A DNA stretch of 64,000 nucleotides from an uncultured Clostridia bacterium (lineage in GTDB: Bacteria; Bacillota; Clostridia; TANB77; CAG-508). The position numbers and the translations under genes were made by a program. The notes below the pieces were generated by a model. That model was not told the origin of the DNA and did not search any database. It worked only from the letters and a program-made list of their open reading frames with translations. Position 1 is the first letter of the stretch. Each line of letters opens with the position of its first letter. Location: NCBI GenBank assembly GCA_934122085.1, contig CAKOVS010000003.1, forward strand, positions 17,734 to 81,733, written 5' to 3'. Positions 10,661 to 19,447 of the stretch are shown here, one piece after another.

Positions 10661-11650
10661 TTAATATACATAATTTTGTGGATTATATGCAACTCCATTT
10701 ACTCTTATTTCTAAGTGCAAATGTGGTCCTGTACTATTTCCAGTTGAACCTACTGCTGCTATTGTTTCTCCTTGGCTTACCTTGTCACCAACATTAGCAT
10801 ATAATTTGCTACAATGTCCATAATAAGTTTCTATTCCATTCCCATGTGAAATTACTATCATTTTTCCATATGCACTCTTAGTTCCTGAAAAAGTTACTAC
10901 TCCTGATGCTGCTGCTTTTATCGGAGTTCCTGTTGATGCTGCAATATCTAAGCCTGTGTGAGCTCCAGATCTAACTCTACTAATAGAACCAAATCTTGAT
11001 GTTATTGTTCCTGAAATTGGTCTTATTAAATTTAATCCAATCCCTATACTTTGATATGATAAATTGGCAGATGTATTTACTTTTCCAGATTTTTTTGCTA
11101 CTTTAGGTACTTCTACTTTTTTTATGTACAAATTTGCTACAACAGTTTCTACATCTGAAAATTCTTCTAAATTTGTTTCGTATATTTCTGTTATTACTAT
11201 TTCATCTGCATTTGTGCTTTCTTTTTCTTTTAGTTTATTTACAATTTCTTCTGCTGATGCAAAATCTTTTACATATGCCTTAATTTCTTCACCAATTGAA
11301 ATTGCATAATAATTATAATATGTAATGCCTTGCTTTTTTACGGATTCAAATATTTCATCATCATTTGTTATTATATTTCTCTTTAATAAGCACATTTTAT
11401 ATTCTGGCATTGCTTCAATTTGAACAAATGCAACATTTTCCTGTCCATCTCCATTTTCCATGTATTTATTTATCTCGGCTTGTAATTTACTTTTGTCTTT
11501 GCTATATCCTATTTGTTCTCCATTTAGTGATACACTATATATTGGTTTAAAAAATAAAGCTACTGCACAGATTATTAATAATATAGAAATCACTAAAAGT
11601 ATTGTAAGTTTCATTGTTTTTCTTGCTAATACTAGTATTTTTTTTATCAT
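10661..11650 (-). CDS. M23-family (LytM) peptidoglycan metalloendopeptidase, membrane-anchored
   Basis: N-terminal TM; HTGLDIAASTGTPIKAA ... GPHLHLEIR (HxxxD and HxH zinc motifs). Confidence 0.8.
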   Translation of the reverse strand: MIKKILVLARKTMKLTILLVISILLIICAVALFFKPIYSVSLNGEQIGYSKDKSKLQAEINKYMENGDGQENVAFVQIEAMPEYKMCLLKRNIITNDDEIFESVKKQGITYYNYYAISIGEEIKAYVKDFASAEEIVNKLKEKESTNADEIVITEIYETNLEEFSDVETVVANLYIKKVEVPKVAKKSGKVNTSANLSYQSIGIGLNLIRPISGTITSRFGSISRVRSGAHTGLDIAASTGTPIKAAASGVVTFSGTKSAYGKMIVISHGNGIETYYGHCSKLYANVGDKVSQGETIAAVGSTGNSTGPHLHLEIRVNGVAYNPQNYVY

Positions 11651-11942
11651 TAATTTTTCTCCTGTTCATTTTTTATTATTTATTTAGAATTTTTTTATAT
11701 TTTATATTATTTTTATTGATTTTGGCAATTTTCCTTATTTGCCATTTTTATGATATATCTTTTCATTTTCTCTTTTATTATCTTTTTTTCTTTTGTTTTC
11801 TCATTTTTATATTTTTTATAAAACAATTTGATGGAGTTGCACTTTGGGCTCTCCCAATTTAAATTTTTGACCAAAAGAAGAAAACCTTAAATGCCTAGTA
11901 ATTATAGCTATTATATCATAAAACTTTCCTAGTATATAAAAT

Positions 11943-11975
11943 AAGATTCAAGTTTCCGTAGGGATTTTGAATCTT
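11943..11975 (-). terminator. Intrinsic terminator downstream of the CotF-like gene
   Basis: aagattcaa-gtttccgtagggatttt-gaatctt hairpin followed by a T-rich run on the minus strand. Confidence 0.4.
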
Positions 11976-11982
11976 ATTTAAA

Positions 11983-12225
11983 CTATTGAATTTGTTTTTT
12001 CAAATTATCAATTTCTTTAATTTCTGCTTTTGCAGAATGATTTGAATATCCTTTCAAATTTGCTATTTTAACTAAATCATATTGCAAACTTTCTTCATTA
12101 TTTCTTATTTGTTGTATTATTTGTCTTAATCCTATATTATCACATTCACATATTGCATTTTGATAGTTTTTTATACTTAACTTTAAATCTTGGATAACAT
12201 CATTTATCATTGTTTTTTCTTCCAT
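11983..12225 (-). CDS. Small CotF-like (spore coat protein F family) protein
   Basis: 80 aa; pattern ...YQNAICECDNIGLRQIIQQIRNNEESLQYDL resembles the coat F domain. Confidence 0.4.
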   Translation of the reverse strand: MEEKTMINDVIQDLKLSIKNYQNAICECDNIGLRQIIQQIRNNEESLQYDLVKIANLKGYSNHSAKAEIKEIDNLKKQIQ

Positions 12226-12248
12226 CTTTATATTATACCTTTCATATA

Positions 12249-12437
12249 CTAATTATTAACAAAACTCATAAGTACTTGTTTAATATTTAATGCATCTTGT
12301 AATATATTGTTAAATATCTGCTGTACTTGCAAATCTTGTATTTGTGATAAATATGTGCTTATTTTTTGATATTTCATATCGTTTAAGAAAATTATTTGCC
12401 TTATATATTCTAGTTCCAATTTTGTTAAATCTGGCAT
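12249..12437 (-). CDS. Small CotF-like protein (second gene of the pair)
   Basis: 62 aa; adjacent to and co-oriented with the previous gene; similar helical pattern. Confidence 0.3.
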   Translation of the reverse strand: MPDLTKLELEYIRQIIFLNDMKYQKISTYLSQIQDLQVQQIFNNILQDALNIKQVLMSFVNN

Positions 12438-12525
12438 TTTTAATTCCTTTCATAATTAAATATTTTTTGTTTATTATTTGTATGTTTTCTATATTTATAC
12501 TATACATAAAATGCAATTTCGATTT

Positions 12526-13578
12526 TTATAATATTTTTCCTCCACCAACTACAATATCATCAATATAAAATACTGCTGATTGACCTGGTGTAAGTGCTCT
12601 TTGTGGTTCGTCAAATTCTATTTTTATATAATCTCCATTTTGAAGAATTGTTGCTTTTGCGACTTTTGATGAATATCTTGTTTTAACATCAACTTTAATT
12701 GGTTCTTTTATTTCATCAAATAATAACAAATTTATTTCTCCTATTGTTATTTCTTTTTTATATAATTCATTTTCTTCACCAACAATTACTTCATTTTTCT
12801 TTGGATTAAATCCTATAACAAATAATGGTGCTTTATAAGATATTCCCAATCCTTTTCTTTGCCCAATTGTATAATTATATAATCCTGTATGTTTTCCTAA
12901 AATTTCGCCTTTTGCTGTTACTATATTTCCAACTTTAGGTTTTATATCTGAATTGTTTTCCAAAAATTTCTTGTAATTTCCATCTGGTACAAAGCATATG
13001 TCTTCACTATCAGGTTTATTTGCAACTTTTAAATTATTTTCTCTTGCAATTTCTCTTATTTGTTCTTTGTTTTCAAAATCAGCAAGAGGAAATAATACAT
13101 GTTCAATTAATTCTTTTGGAATATTCCATAGAACATAGCTTTGATCTTTTTTCCCAGCATTTGATTTTTTTAATACCCATCTGCCATATTTTTCACTATA
13201 TTCTGTTTTGGCATAATGTCCTGTTGCTATATATTCACAACCTAATTCTTTTGCCTTTTCCCACATATATCCAAATTTCATATATTTATTACATTCTATA
13301 CATGGATTTGGTGTTTTACAATTTGAATAACAATCTATAAAATCTTGTATTACGCATTTTTTAAATAATGTTTTACAGTCATCTGTAATATGTGGAATAC
13401 CAATTGAATTACATACATTTTTGGCATCTATATATGTACTTATATTACAACAACTACTTCCTGCAAATAATTCTAGTGTCATTCCTATTGGATCATATCC
13501 ATTTTGTTTTAAAAGTAATGCTGATACACTACTATCTACTCCGCCACTCATTCCTAATAATACTTTTTTATTTTCCAT
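12526..13578 (-). CDS. mnmA: tRNA 2-thiouridine(34) synthase MnmA
   Basis: PP-loop VLLGMSGGVDSSVSALLL; catalytic Cys residues; classic position downstream of the cysteine desulfurase/scaffold pair. Confidence 0.9.
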   Translation of the reverse strand: MENKKVLLGMSGGVDSSVSALLLKQNGYDPIGMTLELFAGSSCCNISTYIDAKNVCNSIGIPHITDDCKTLFKKCVIQDFIDCYSNCKTPNPCIECNKYMKFGYMWEKAKELGCEYIATGHYAKTEYSEKYGRWVLKKSNAGKKDQSYVLWNIPKELIEHVLFPLADFENKEQIREIARENNLKVANKPDSEDICFVPDGNYKKFLENNSDIKPKVGNIVTAKGEILGKHTGLYNYTIGQRKGLGISYKAPLFVIGFNPKKNEVIVGEENELYKKEITIGEINLLLFDEIKEPIKVDVKTRYSSKVAKATILQNGDYIKIEFDEPQRALTPGQSAVFYIDDIVVGGGKIL

Positions 13579-13597
13579 TTCATTTTCCTTTTTATAA

Positions 13598-14065
13598 TTA
13601 ATGGCAACAATTTATTGTTCCTTTTCCATTTTCATCATTTTTATTTAACATATCTTCTAATGTATGCCATGCAAGTAATGCACATTTTACTCTTGCAGGC
13701 ATATTTGATACATTTTTAAATGCTATTGCATCTTCTAATTTTTTTAATTGTTCTTCATCTGTTATTTCTCTTTTTATCATTTCTATAAATGTTTTTATAA
13801 TTTCTTTTGCTTCTTCAATCGTTTTACCTCTTAAAGTATCTATCATTATAGATGTTGAAGCTTGTGAAATTGCACATCCATGTCCTGAAAATGCCATATC
13901 TTCAATTTTATCTCCATTTAATTTTAGTTCTAGTGTTATTTCATCTCCACAATTTGGATTATGGCCAATTTCTGAATAATCTGCATTTTCTAGCTTCTTT
14001 TTATTATATGAATTCATACTATGTTCCATTATTAAGTCATTATATACATCTGTTAAATCTTCCAT
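13598..14065 (-). CDS. sufU: SufU/IscU-type Fe-S cluster scaffold / sulfur acceptor
   Basis: NPNCGDEITLELKL ... GHGCAISQAS ... LLAWHTLE conserved Cys/His ligands. Confidence 0.8.
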   Translation of the reverse strand: MEDLTDVYNDLIMEHSMNSYNKKKLENADYSEIGHNPNCGDEITLELKLNGDKIEDMAFSGHGCAISQASTSIMIDTLRGKTIEEAKEIIKTFIEMIKREITDEEQLKKLEDAIAFKNVSNMPARVKCALLAWHTLEDMLNKNDENGKGTINCCH

Positions 14066-14079
14066 TTTTTAGCCTTTCT

Positions 14080-15300
14080 TTATTTTATAAATTTTTTAAA
14101 CATATCATAAGCTTTATTTAAAGCATGTACAAGTCTATCTACATCTTCTTTTGTATTATAAAAATAAAAACTTGCTCTACATGTTGAATCAATTCCTAAA
14201 AATCTCATAAGTGGTTGTGCACAATGATTTCCAGAACGCACACATACACCTTCTGAATCTAATATACTGGCTACATCATGTGGATGCACTCCTTTTATAT
14301 TAAATGAAATTACACTTGAATGATTTTTTTCATTTGGAGTCATATATAATGTTAAATAATCTAATTTTGATAATTCTTGTCTTGCATATGCTAATACATC
14401 ATTTTCTAACTCTTGCATTTTGTCATATCCCAAATTTTGAATGTAATCAATTGCAGCACCTAATCCTACAACACCTTCTACATTTTGTGTCCCAGCTTCA
14501 AATTTATTTGGTAATGGTGCATATGTTGTTTCTTGTTCATATACATATTCAATCATATCTCCACCCATTAAAAATGGTGTCATTTTATTTAAGATTTCTC
14601 TTTTTCCATATAATACCCCAATTCCAAGAGGTGCTAACATTTTATGTCCTGAAAATACTAAAAAATCTGCATCTAAATCTTGTACATCTATTTTCATATG
14701 TGGAATGCTTTGTGATGCATCAACAATTACTATTGCTCCTTTTTTGTGTGCATATTTGATTATTTTTTTTACATTATTAATTGTTCCTAAAACATTTGAA
14801 ACATGTGCTATTCCAACTATTTTTGTTCTATCTGTGATTTTTGTTTCAATTTCTTCATCTGAAAGTTCGAATTCTTCATTAATATACATATAATTTAATT
14901 TACTTTCAGTTGCTTTTGTTACTTTTTGCCATGGTACTAAATTTGAATGATGTTCCATTATAGATATAACAACTTCATCATCTTTTTTTAAATTATCCAT
15001 TCCATATGAATATGCTATTAAGTTTAAACTTTCTGTTGCATTTTTTGAAAAAATTATTTCTTCTGGATGTTTCGCATTAATAAATTTCGCAATCTTTTGT
15101 CTTGTACTTTCATAAGCTTCTGTTGCTTCAATACTTAATGTGTAAGCTCCTCTATGTGGATTTGCGTTATTTTTTTTATAAAATTCTTCTATTGCATTTA
15201 TTACTTGTATTGGCTTTTGAGTTGTAGCTCCACTATCTAAATATGCTATATTACGATTTTCTAATAGTGGAAAATCTTTTTTTATATTTTCAACATTCAT
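14080..15300 (-). CDS. sufS: Cysteine desulfurase SufS (group II)
   Basis: PLP motif SGHKMLAPLGIGVLYG and active-site loop RSGNHCAQP; N-terminus KKDFPLLENRNIAYLDSGATTQKP. Start reassigned to ATG at 15300 (AAAGGA 8 nt upstream); the longer listed ORF extension overlaps a + strand sORF. Confidence 0.85.
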   Translation of the reverse strand: MNVENIKKDFPLLENRNIAYLDSGATTQKPIQVINAIEEFYKKNNANPHRGAYTLSIEATEAYESTRQKIAKFINAKHPEEIIFSKNATESLNLIAYSYGMDNLKKDDEVVISIMEHHSNLVPWQKVTKATESKLNYMYINEEFELSDEEIETKITDRTKIVGIAHVSNVLGTINNVKKIIKYAHKKGAIVIVDASQSIPHMKIDVQDLDADFLVFSGHKMLAPLGIGVLYGKREILNKMTPFLMGGDMIEYVYEQETTYAPLPNKFEAGTQNVEGVVGLGAAIDYIQNLGYDKMQELENDVLAYARQELSKLDYLTLYMTPNEKNHSSVISFNIKGVHPHDVASILDSEGVCVRSGNHCAQPLMRFLGIDSTCRASFYFYNTKEDVDRLVHALNKAYDMFKKFIK

Positions 15301-15384
15301 TTTTGCAATCCTTTCTTTGACTTTTTTTCCTATTAGTGATATAATAAAGGTTGACCGAATTTTTTTAATTCTGGAGGGTTTTAT

Positions 15385-15564
15385 ATGAACATTATGCATT
15401 ATATCACAGCAGACTTCAACTTTGCCCTAATGCTTTTAGGGCTGATGTTGACTGGTATTGGATTTTGGTGTATGTCTGATAGACATCATTTCTTCTTATT
15501 CCACCTTCTTGGTGGTTTATCGTTGATTGGCTTCGGAATTCCAATTTTACTTCTTGCAATATAA
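15385..15564 (+). CDS. Unannotated 59-aa small membrane protein (2 predicted TM helices), antisense to the suf operon
   Basis: Strong RBS GGAGGG 7 nt before ATG; MNIMHYITADFNFALMLLGLMLTGIGFWCMSDRHHFFLFHLLGGLSLIGFGIPILLLAI; followed immediately by an intrinsic terminator; below the 60-aa ORF-track cutoff. Confidence 0.45.
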   Translation: MNIMHYITADFNFALMLLGLMLTGIGFWCMSDRHHFFLFHLLGGLSLIGFGIPILLLAI

Positions 15565-15574
15565 TTTTTGTTCA

Positions 15575-15610
15575 CTCCCAATCTTGCAGTGCGAGATTGG
15601 GAGCTTTTTT
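15575..15610 (+). terminator. Intrinsic terminator for the 59-aa ORF
   Basis: ctcccaatct-tgcagtgcg-agattgggag stem-loop followed by TTTTTT. Confidence 0.55.
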
Positions 15611-16655
15611 AATCTAGCTTTTTATCAATCTCTTTTAATATCACATTTTTTAATTCTTCATCATTTATTCTATCAATTATTTTTTGAAAATTAGCTTTAA
15701 CAATTAATTTCACAGCTTCTTTATAACTTAATCCTCTAGTCATTAAATAAAATAATTGTTTCATATCAACTTTTCCAGATGCTGTTGAATGATTTCCTTC
15801 GACATCTTCTTCTGTACATAAAAGCATTGGCAATGCTATTGATTTTGCTTTATTTGATAATAGCATACAATATTCATTTTCATTACCTTTTGACTTTTTA
15901 GCACCTTTTTTGAAATCAATTGTTCCTTTAAAGTTTTTCTTTGCAGAATCTTTTAGAGTTCCTTGAACATCAATGTCTATATTAGTCTTTTTTCCTCTTA
16001 ATTCTGTAATATAATTAATATCTTTTATTTGATTATCTATTCCTAAATATATAGATTTTAAATCATTTTCAGCATTATCACCTATAATATTAGAATAATA
16101 ATTTGATATACTCGTTTTTCCACCAATATCAATAATTGTATATTTTACATTTGAATTTTCTTCCAATTTATTTTCTATTGCTTCAAAATTCTCTGATTGT
16201 TCATTTAATAAATTTACAATTGTTATATCCAATTTAGATTTTGCATTTGCTATTGTTCTTATAATTCCATTATGGAAACACTTCTTACTTGTATTTGATA
16301 TATATTCTATTATTATATTTGTATCTCCATTTGCAATAATTTCTATTTGATTTATCAAATTAAAGTTTTCATCATCAAATATATATTTAATTCTAATATT
16401 TTCTTTTTTGTTTCCTGTTTGAATTCTTATTTTATTATTGGCTGTTTCATAATTTAATTCTTCTAAAATTTTACCAGTTCCATATGTTAATGCTTGATTT
16501 GTTGTTTGATTATCAATCATGCTTCCATTATTAATAATCTCTACATTTTTAAATTCAGCAATCTTTTCTGGCATTTCTAATTCAATTTCAATATTGTTTA
16601 TTAAAAAATTTCTTGCTGTTCTTACTGGTGTATCATTTACTCTTAATTTTTCCAT
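15609..16655 (-). CDS. sufD: Fe-S cluster assembly protein SufD
   Basis: C-terminal beta-helix region shared with SufB; sits between sufB and sufS. Confidence 0.75.
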   Translation of the reverse strand: MEKLRVNDTPVRTARNFLINNIEIELEMPEKIAEFKNVEIINNGSMIDNQTTNQALTYGTGKILEELNYETANNKIRIQTGNKKENIRIKYIFDDENFNLINQIEIIANGDTNIIIEYISNTSKKCFHNGIIRTIANAKSKLDITIVNLLNEQSENFEAIENKLEENSNVKYTIIDIGGKTSISNYYSNIIGDNAENDLKSIYLGIDNQIKDINYITELRGKKTNIDIDVQGTLKDSAKKNFKGTIDFKKGAKKSKGNENEYCMLLSNKAKSIALPMLLCTEEDVEGNHSTASGKVDMKQLFYLMTRGLSYKEAVKLIVKANFQKIIDRINDEELKNVILKEIDKKLD

Positions 16656-18055
16656 TATCCGATTGCCCCCTCTAACTCTAGATTTATCAAATTATTCATT
16701 TCAACTGCATACTCTACCGGTAATTCTTTTGAAATAGGATATGCAAATCCTCTTACTATCATTGCTTTTGCATCTTCTTCTGACAGTCCTCTTGACATTA
16801 AATAAAATATTGCTTTATCACTTATTTTTCCTATTTTGGCTTCGTGTGAAAACTCTACTTCATCTGTTCTAATATCATTTACAGGTATTGTATCAGATCT
16901 TGAAATATCATCTAACATTAATGATTCACAACTTACACTACATTTTGAATTTTTTGCATTTTCATTTATTCTTACTAATGCTCTATAAGTACATGCTCCT
17001 CCATCTTTTGAAATTGATTTTGAATTTACTACTGATGATGTGTTTGGAGCATTATGAATTACCTTAAATCCTGTATCTAAGTTTTGTCCTCCACCTGCAA
17101 ATGTGATTCCTGTATATTCTGTTTTTGCATTTTCACCATTTAATATACTCATTGGATATAACATAGAAATTTTTGAACCAAATGAACCTGTTACCCAATC
17201 TATTTGTGCATTTTTTCCTACTATTGCTTTTTTAGTATTTAGGTTCATCATATTTTTTGACCAATTTTCTATTGTTGAATATCTTAAATATGCATTATCT
17301 TTTACATATAATTCTACACATCCTGCGTGTAAATTTACCTTATTATATTTTGGAGCTGAACATCCTTCTATAAAATGTAAGCTTGCTCCTTCATCAACTA
17401 TTATTAATGTATGTTCAAATTGTCCTGATTCTGGAGAATTTAATCTAAAATATGATTGTAATGGTATATCTAATTTTACTCCTTTTGGTACATATACAAA
17501 TGATCCTCCAGACCATACTGCTGCATGTAATGCAACAAATTTATGGTCACTTATTGGTACACATTTCATAAAATGTTCTTTTACTATTTTTGGATAATCT
17601 CTTACAGCTGATTCCATATCTGTATAGATTACTCCTTGTTTTATTAAATCTTCTTTCATGCTATGATATACTACTTCTGAATCATATTGTGCTCCTACTC
17701 CTGCTAATGAAGTCTTTTCTGCTTCTGGTATTCCTAATTTATCAAATGTGTCTTTTATCTCATCTGGCACATCTTCCCATGAACTATTTAGATTTGTTTT
17801 TGGTTTTACATATGTTGCTATTTCATCCATTTTCAATTCTGATAAATCTGGTCCCCATGTTGGAAGCTCTAATTTTTCGTACATTTCTAATGCTTTTAGT
17901 CTAATTTCTAACATCCAATCTGGTTCATTTTTTCTTTTTGATATTTCTTCAACTATTTGTCTGCTTAAACCTTTTTGCATTTTAAATTCATAGTCATCTT
18001 TATTTTTTATATCATATATATTTCTATCTATCTCATTTACCTGTGTTTTTGACAT
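16655..18055 (-). CDS. sufB: Fe-S cluster assembly protein SufB
   Basis: Highly conserved SufB core (GGGQNLDTGFKVIHNAPNTSS ...); start set at ATG 18055 (AAAGGAAA RBS) just after the sufC stop. Confidence 0.85.
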   Translation of the reverse strand: MSKTQVNEIDRNIYDIKNKDDYEFKMQKGLSRQIVEEISKRKNEPDWMLEIRLKALEMYEKLELPTWGPDLSELKMDEIATYVKPKTNLNSSWEDVPDEIKDTFDKLGIPEAEKTSLAGVGAQYDSEVVYHSMKEDLIKQGVIYTDMESAVRDYPKIVKEHFMKCVPISDHKFVALHAAVWSGGSFVYVPKGVKLDIPLQSYFRLNSPESGQFEHTLIIVDEGASLHFIEGCSAPKYNKVNLHAGCVELYVKDNAYLRYSTIENWSKNMMNLNTKKAIVGKNAQIDWVTGSFGSKISMLYPMSILNGENAKTEYTGITFAGGGQNLDTGFKVIHNAPNTSSVVNSKSISKDGGACTYRALVRINENAKNSKCSVSCESLMLDDISRSDTIPVNDIRTDEVEFSHEAKIGKISDKAIFYLMSRGLSEEDAKAMIVRGFAYPISKELPVEYAVEMNNLINLELEGAIG

Positions 18056-18068
18056 ATAGATTTCCTTT

Positions 18069-18809
18069 CTATTTTTTATATTGTGCATATCCTGTTTCTT
18101 CAATTTGTTCTGCTAATTCTGCTGTTGATGTTTTTACAATTTGTCCATTTACTAAAACATGTACATAATCAACTTTTAGATGATTTAATATTCTTGTATT
18201 ATGTGTTATTATTAAAACTGCATTATCATCATTTTTGAACATTTCAATTCCTTTTGAAACTATTTTTATAGCATCAACATCTAATCCTGAATCTGTTTCA
18301 TCTAAGATTGCTAATTTTGGATTTAATACAAGCATTTGTAATATTTCATTCTTCTTTTTTTCTCCTCCAGAAAATCCAACATTTAAGTTTCTTTCAATTA
18401 GTTTTGGATTCATGTTTAATTCTTCTGAATATTTTTTTACAGTATCTCTAAATTCAAATACTTTTACTGGTTTTTCAGTAATTTTATTTTTTGCGTATTT
18501 TAAAAAGTTCATTGTTGAAATTCCAGGTATTTCTTCTGGCAATTGAAATGACATAAATATTCCTTTTTTGGCTATTTTATCTGTACTTAAATCATTTATA
18601 TTTTCACCTTCAAATTCAACAGTTCCTCTTGTTTTTGTATATTCTGGATTATTTAAAATAACATTTGCAAGTGTTGATTTTCCTGCACCATTTGGTCCCA
18701 TTATTACATGTACTTCTCCTTTATTTATTTTCAAGTTTAAACCTTTTAAAATCTCTTTTTCTCCTGCATTTACATGTAAATCTTTTATTTCTAATAACTC
18801 TTTACTCAT
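18069..18809 (-). CDS. sufC: Fe-S cluster assembly ATPase SufC
   Basis: Walker A GPNGAGKST, ABC signature FSGGEKKK, Walker B LAILDETDSGLD. Confidence 0.9.
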   Translation of the reverse strand: MSKELLEIKDLHVNAGEKEILKGLNLKINKGEVHVIMGPNGAGKSTLANVILNNPEYTKTRGTVEFEGENINDLSTDKIAKKGIFMSFQLPEEIPGISTMNFLKYAKNKITEKPVKVFEFRDTVKKYSEELNMNPKLIERNLNVGFSGGEKKKNEILQMLVLNPKLAILDETDSGLDVDAIKIVSKGIEMFKNDDNAVLIITHNTRILNHLKVDYVHVLVNGQIVKTSTAELAEQIEETGYAQYKK

Positions 18810-18830
18810 TTTTATTATTCCTTCCTTTTA

Positions 18831-19298
18831 TTAATTTTGCATATCATTACTTTTCTTCGTTTTTGCTCTTTTTACACAACATCTACATTTTTCTTGATTT
18901 ATATCATAATTGCAATTTAATTCTCTTAATCCTAAAACATTATGTACATATTTGGCTAATTTATTTATTGTTTCATCTGTTGTTACTAATTTTATTTTTT
19001 CTGCCTCATCTTTTGCAGATTGTTCATCTAAATCTAATACATCTTTTAAAAACAAATAAACAATGTCATATGCTTCTAAAATTTTTTGTGCCAAATTTTC
19101 TCCTTGTTCTGTTAATTCTATTGTTCCATATGTTTCGTATTTTACTAATTTTTCTTCTTTTAAATTATTTAGTGCTTTATTTACACTTGGTTTCGTACAA
19201 TTCATTTTGTTCGCAATGTCTGTTACTCTAATATTTCCATTTTGTTTTTTTAATACATACATTGTTTTTAAATATTCTTCTGAAGTTTTAGTTATCAT
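18831..19298 (-). CDS. DtxR/MntR-family metal-dependent transcriptional regulator with Cys-rich C-terminal tail
   Basis: N-terminal wHTH (EEYLKTMYVLKKQNGNIRVTDIANKMNCTKPSVNKAL), dimerisation/metal domain, unusual C-terminal CNYDINQEKCRCC; first gene of the suf operon; RBS AAGGAG. Confidence 0.75.
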   Translation of the reverse strand: MITKTSEEYLKTMYVLKKQNGNIRVTDIANKMNCTKPSVNKALNNLKEEKLVKYETYGTIELTEQGENLAQKILEAYDIVYLFLKDVLDLDEQSAKDEAEKIKLVTTDETINKLAKYVHNVLGLRELNCNYDINQEKCRCCVKRAKTKKSNDMQN

Positions 19299-19328
19299 AT
19301 TTTCTCCTTCTTTTCAACTCTTAATCTC

Positions 19329-19350
19329 TTTGTTAACTACGGCTAACATT
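19329..19350. promoter_or_regulatory. Candidate DtxR-family operator upstream of the regulator-suf operon
   Basis: TTGTTAACTACGGCTAACATTA resembles the IdeR/DtxR box TTAGGTTAGGCTAACCTAA (about 13/19); about 30 bp upstream of the regulator start. Confidence 0.2.
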
Positions 19351-19447
19351 ATACTATACATTATGGAAATTTGTCAATATTTTTTATAATATTACCATTT
19401 ATAATATTACAAGAAAAAAAGGAACTATAAACAAGTCCCTTTCCATA

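Noticed and set aside
12310-12516. 68-aa ORF overlapping the small CotF-like gene
   Set aside because: Alternative frame overlapping a co-linear gene with a better start context; likely spurious.
15301-15399. N-terminal extension of the sufS ORF (MHNVHIKPSRIKK...) in the ORF track
   Set aside because: No RBS, poor sequence; an internal ATG at 15300 has an AAAGGA RBS and matches the SufS N-terminus; the extension overlaps a better-supported + strand sORF.
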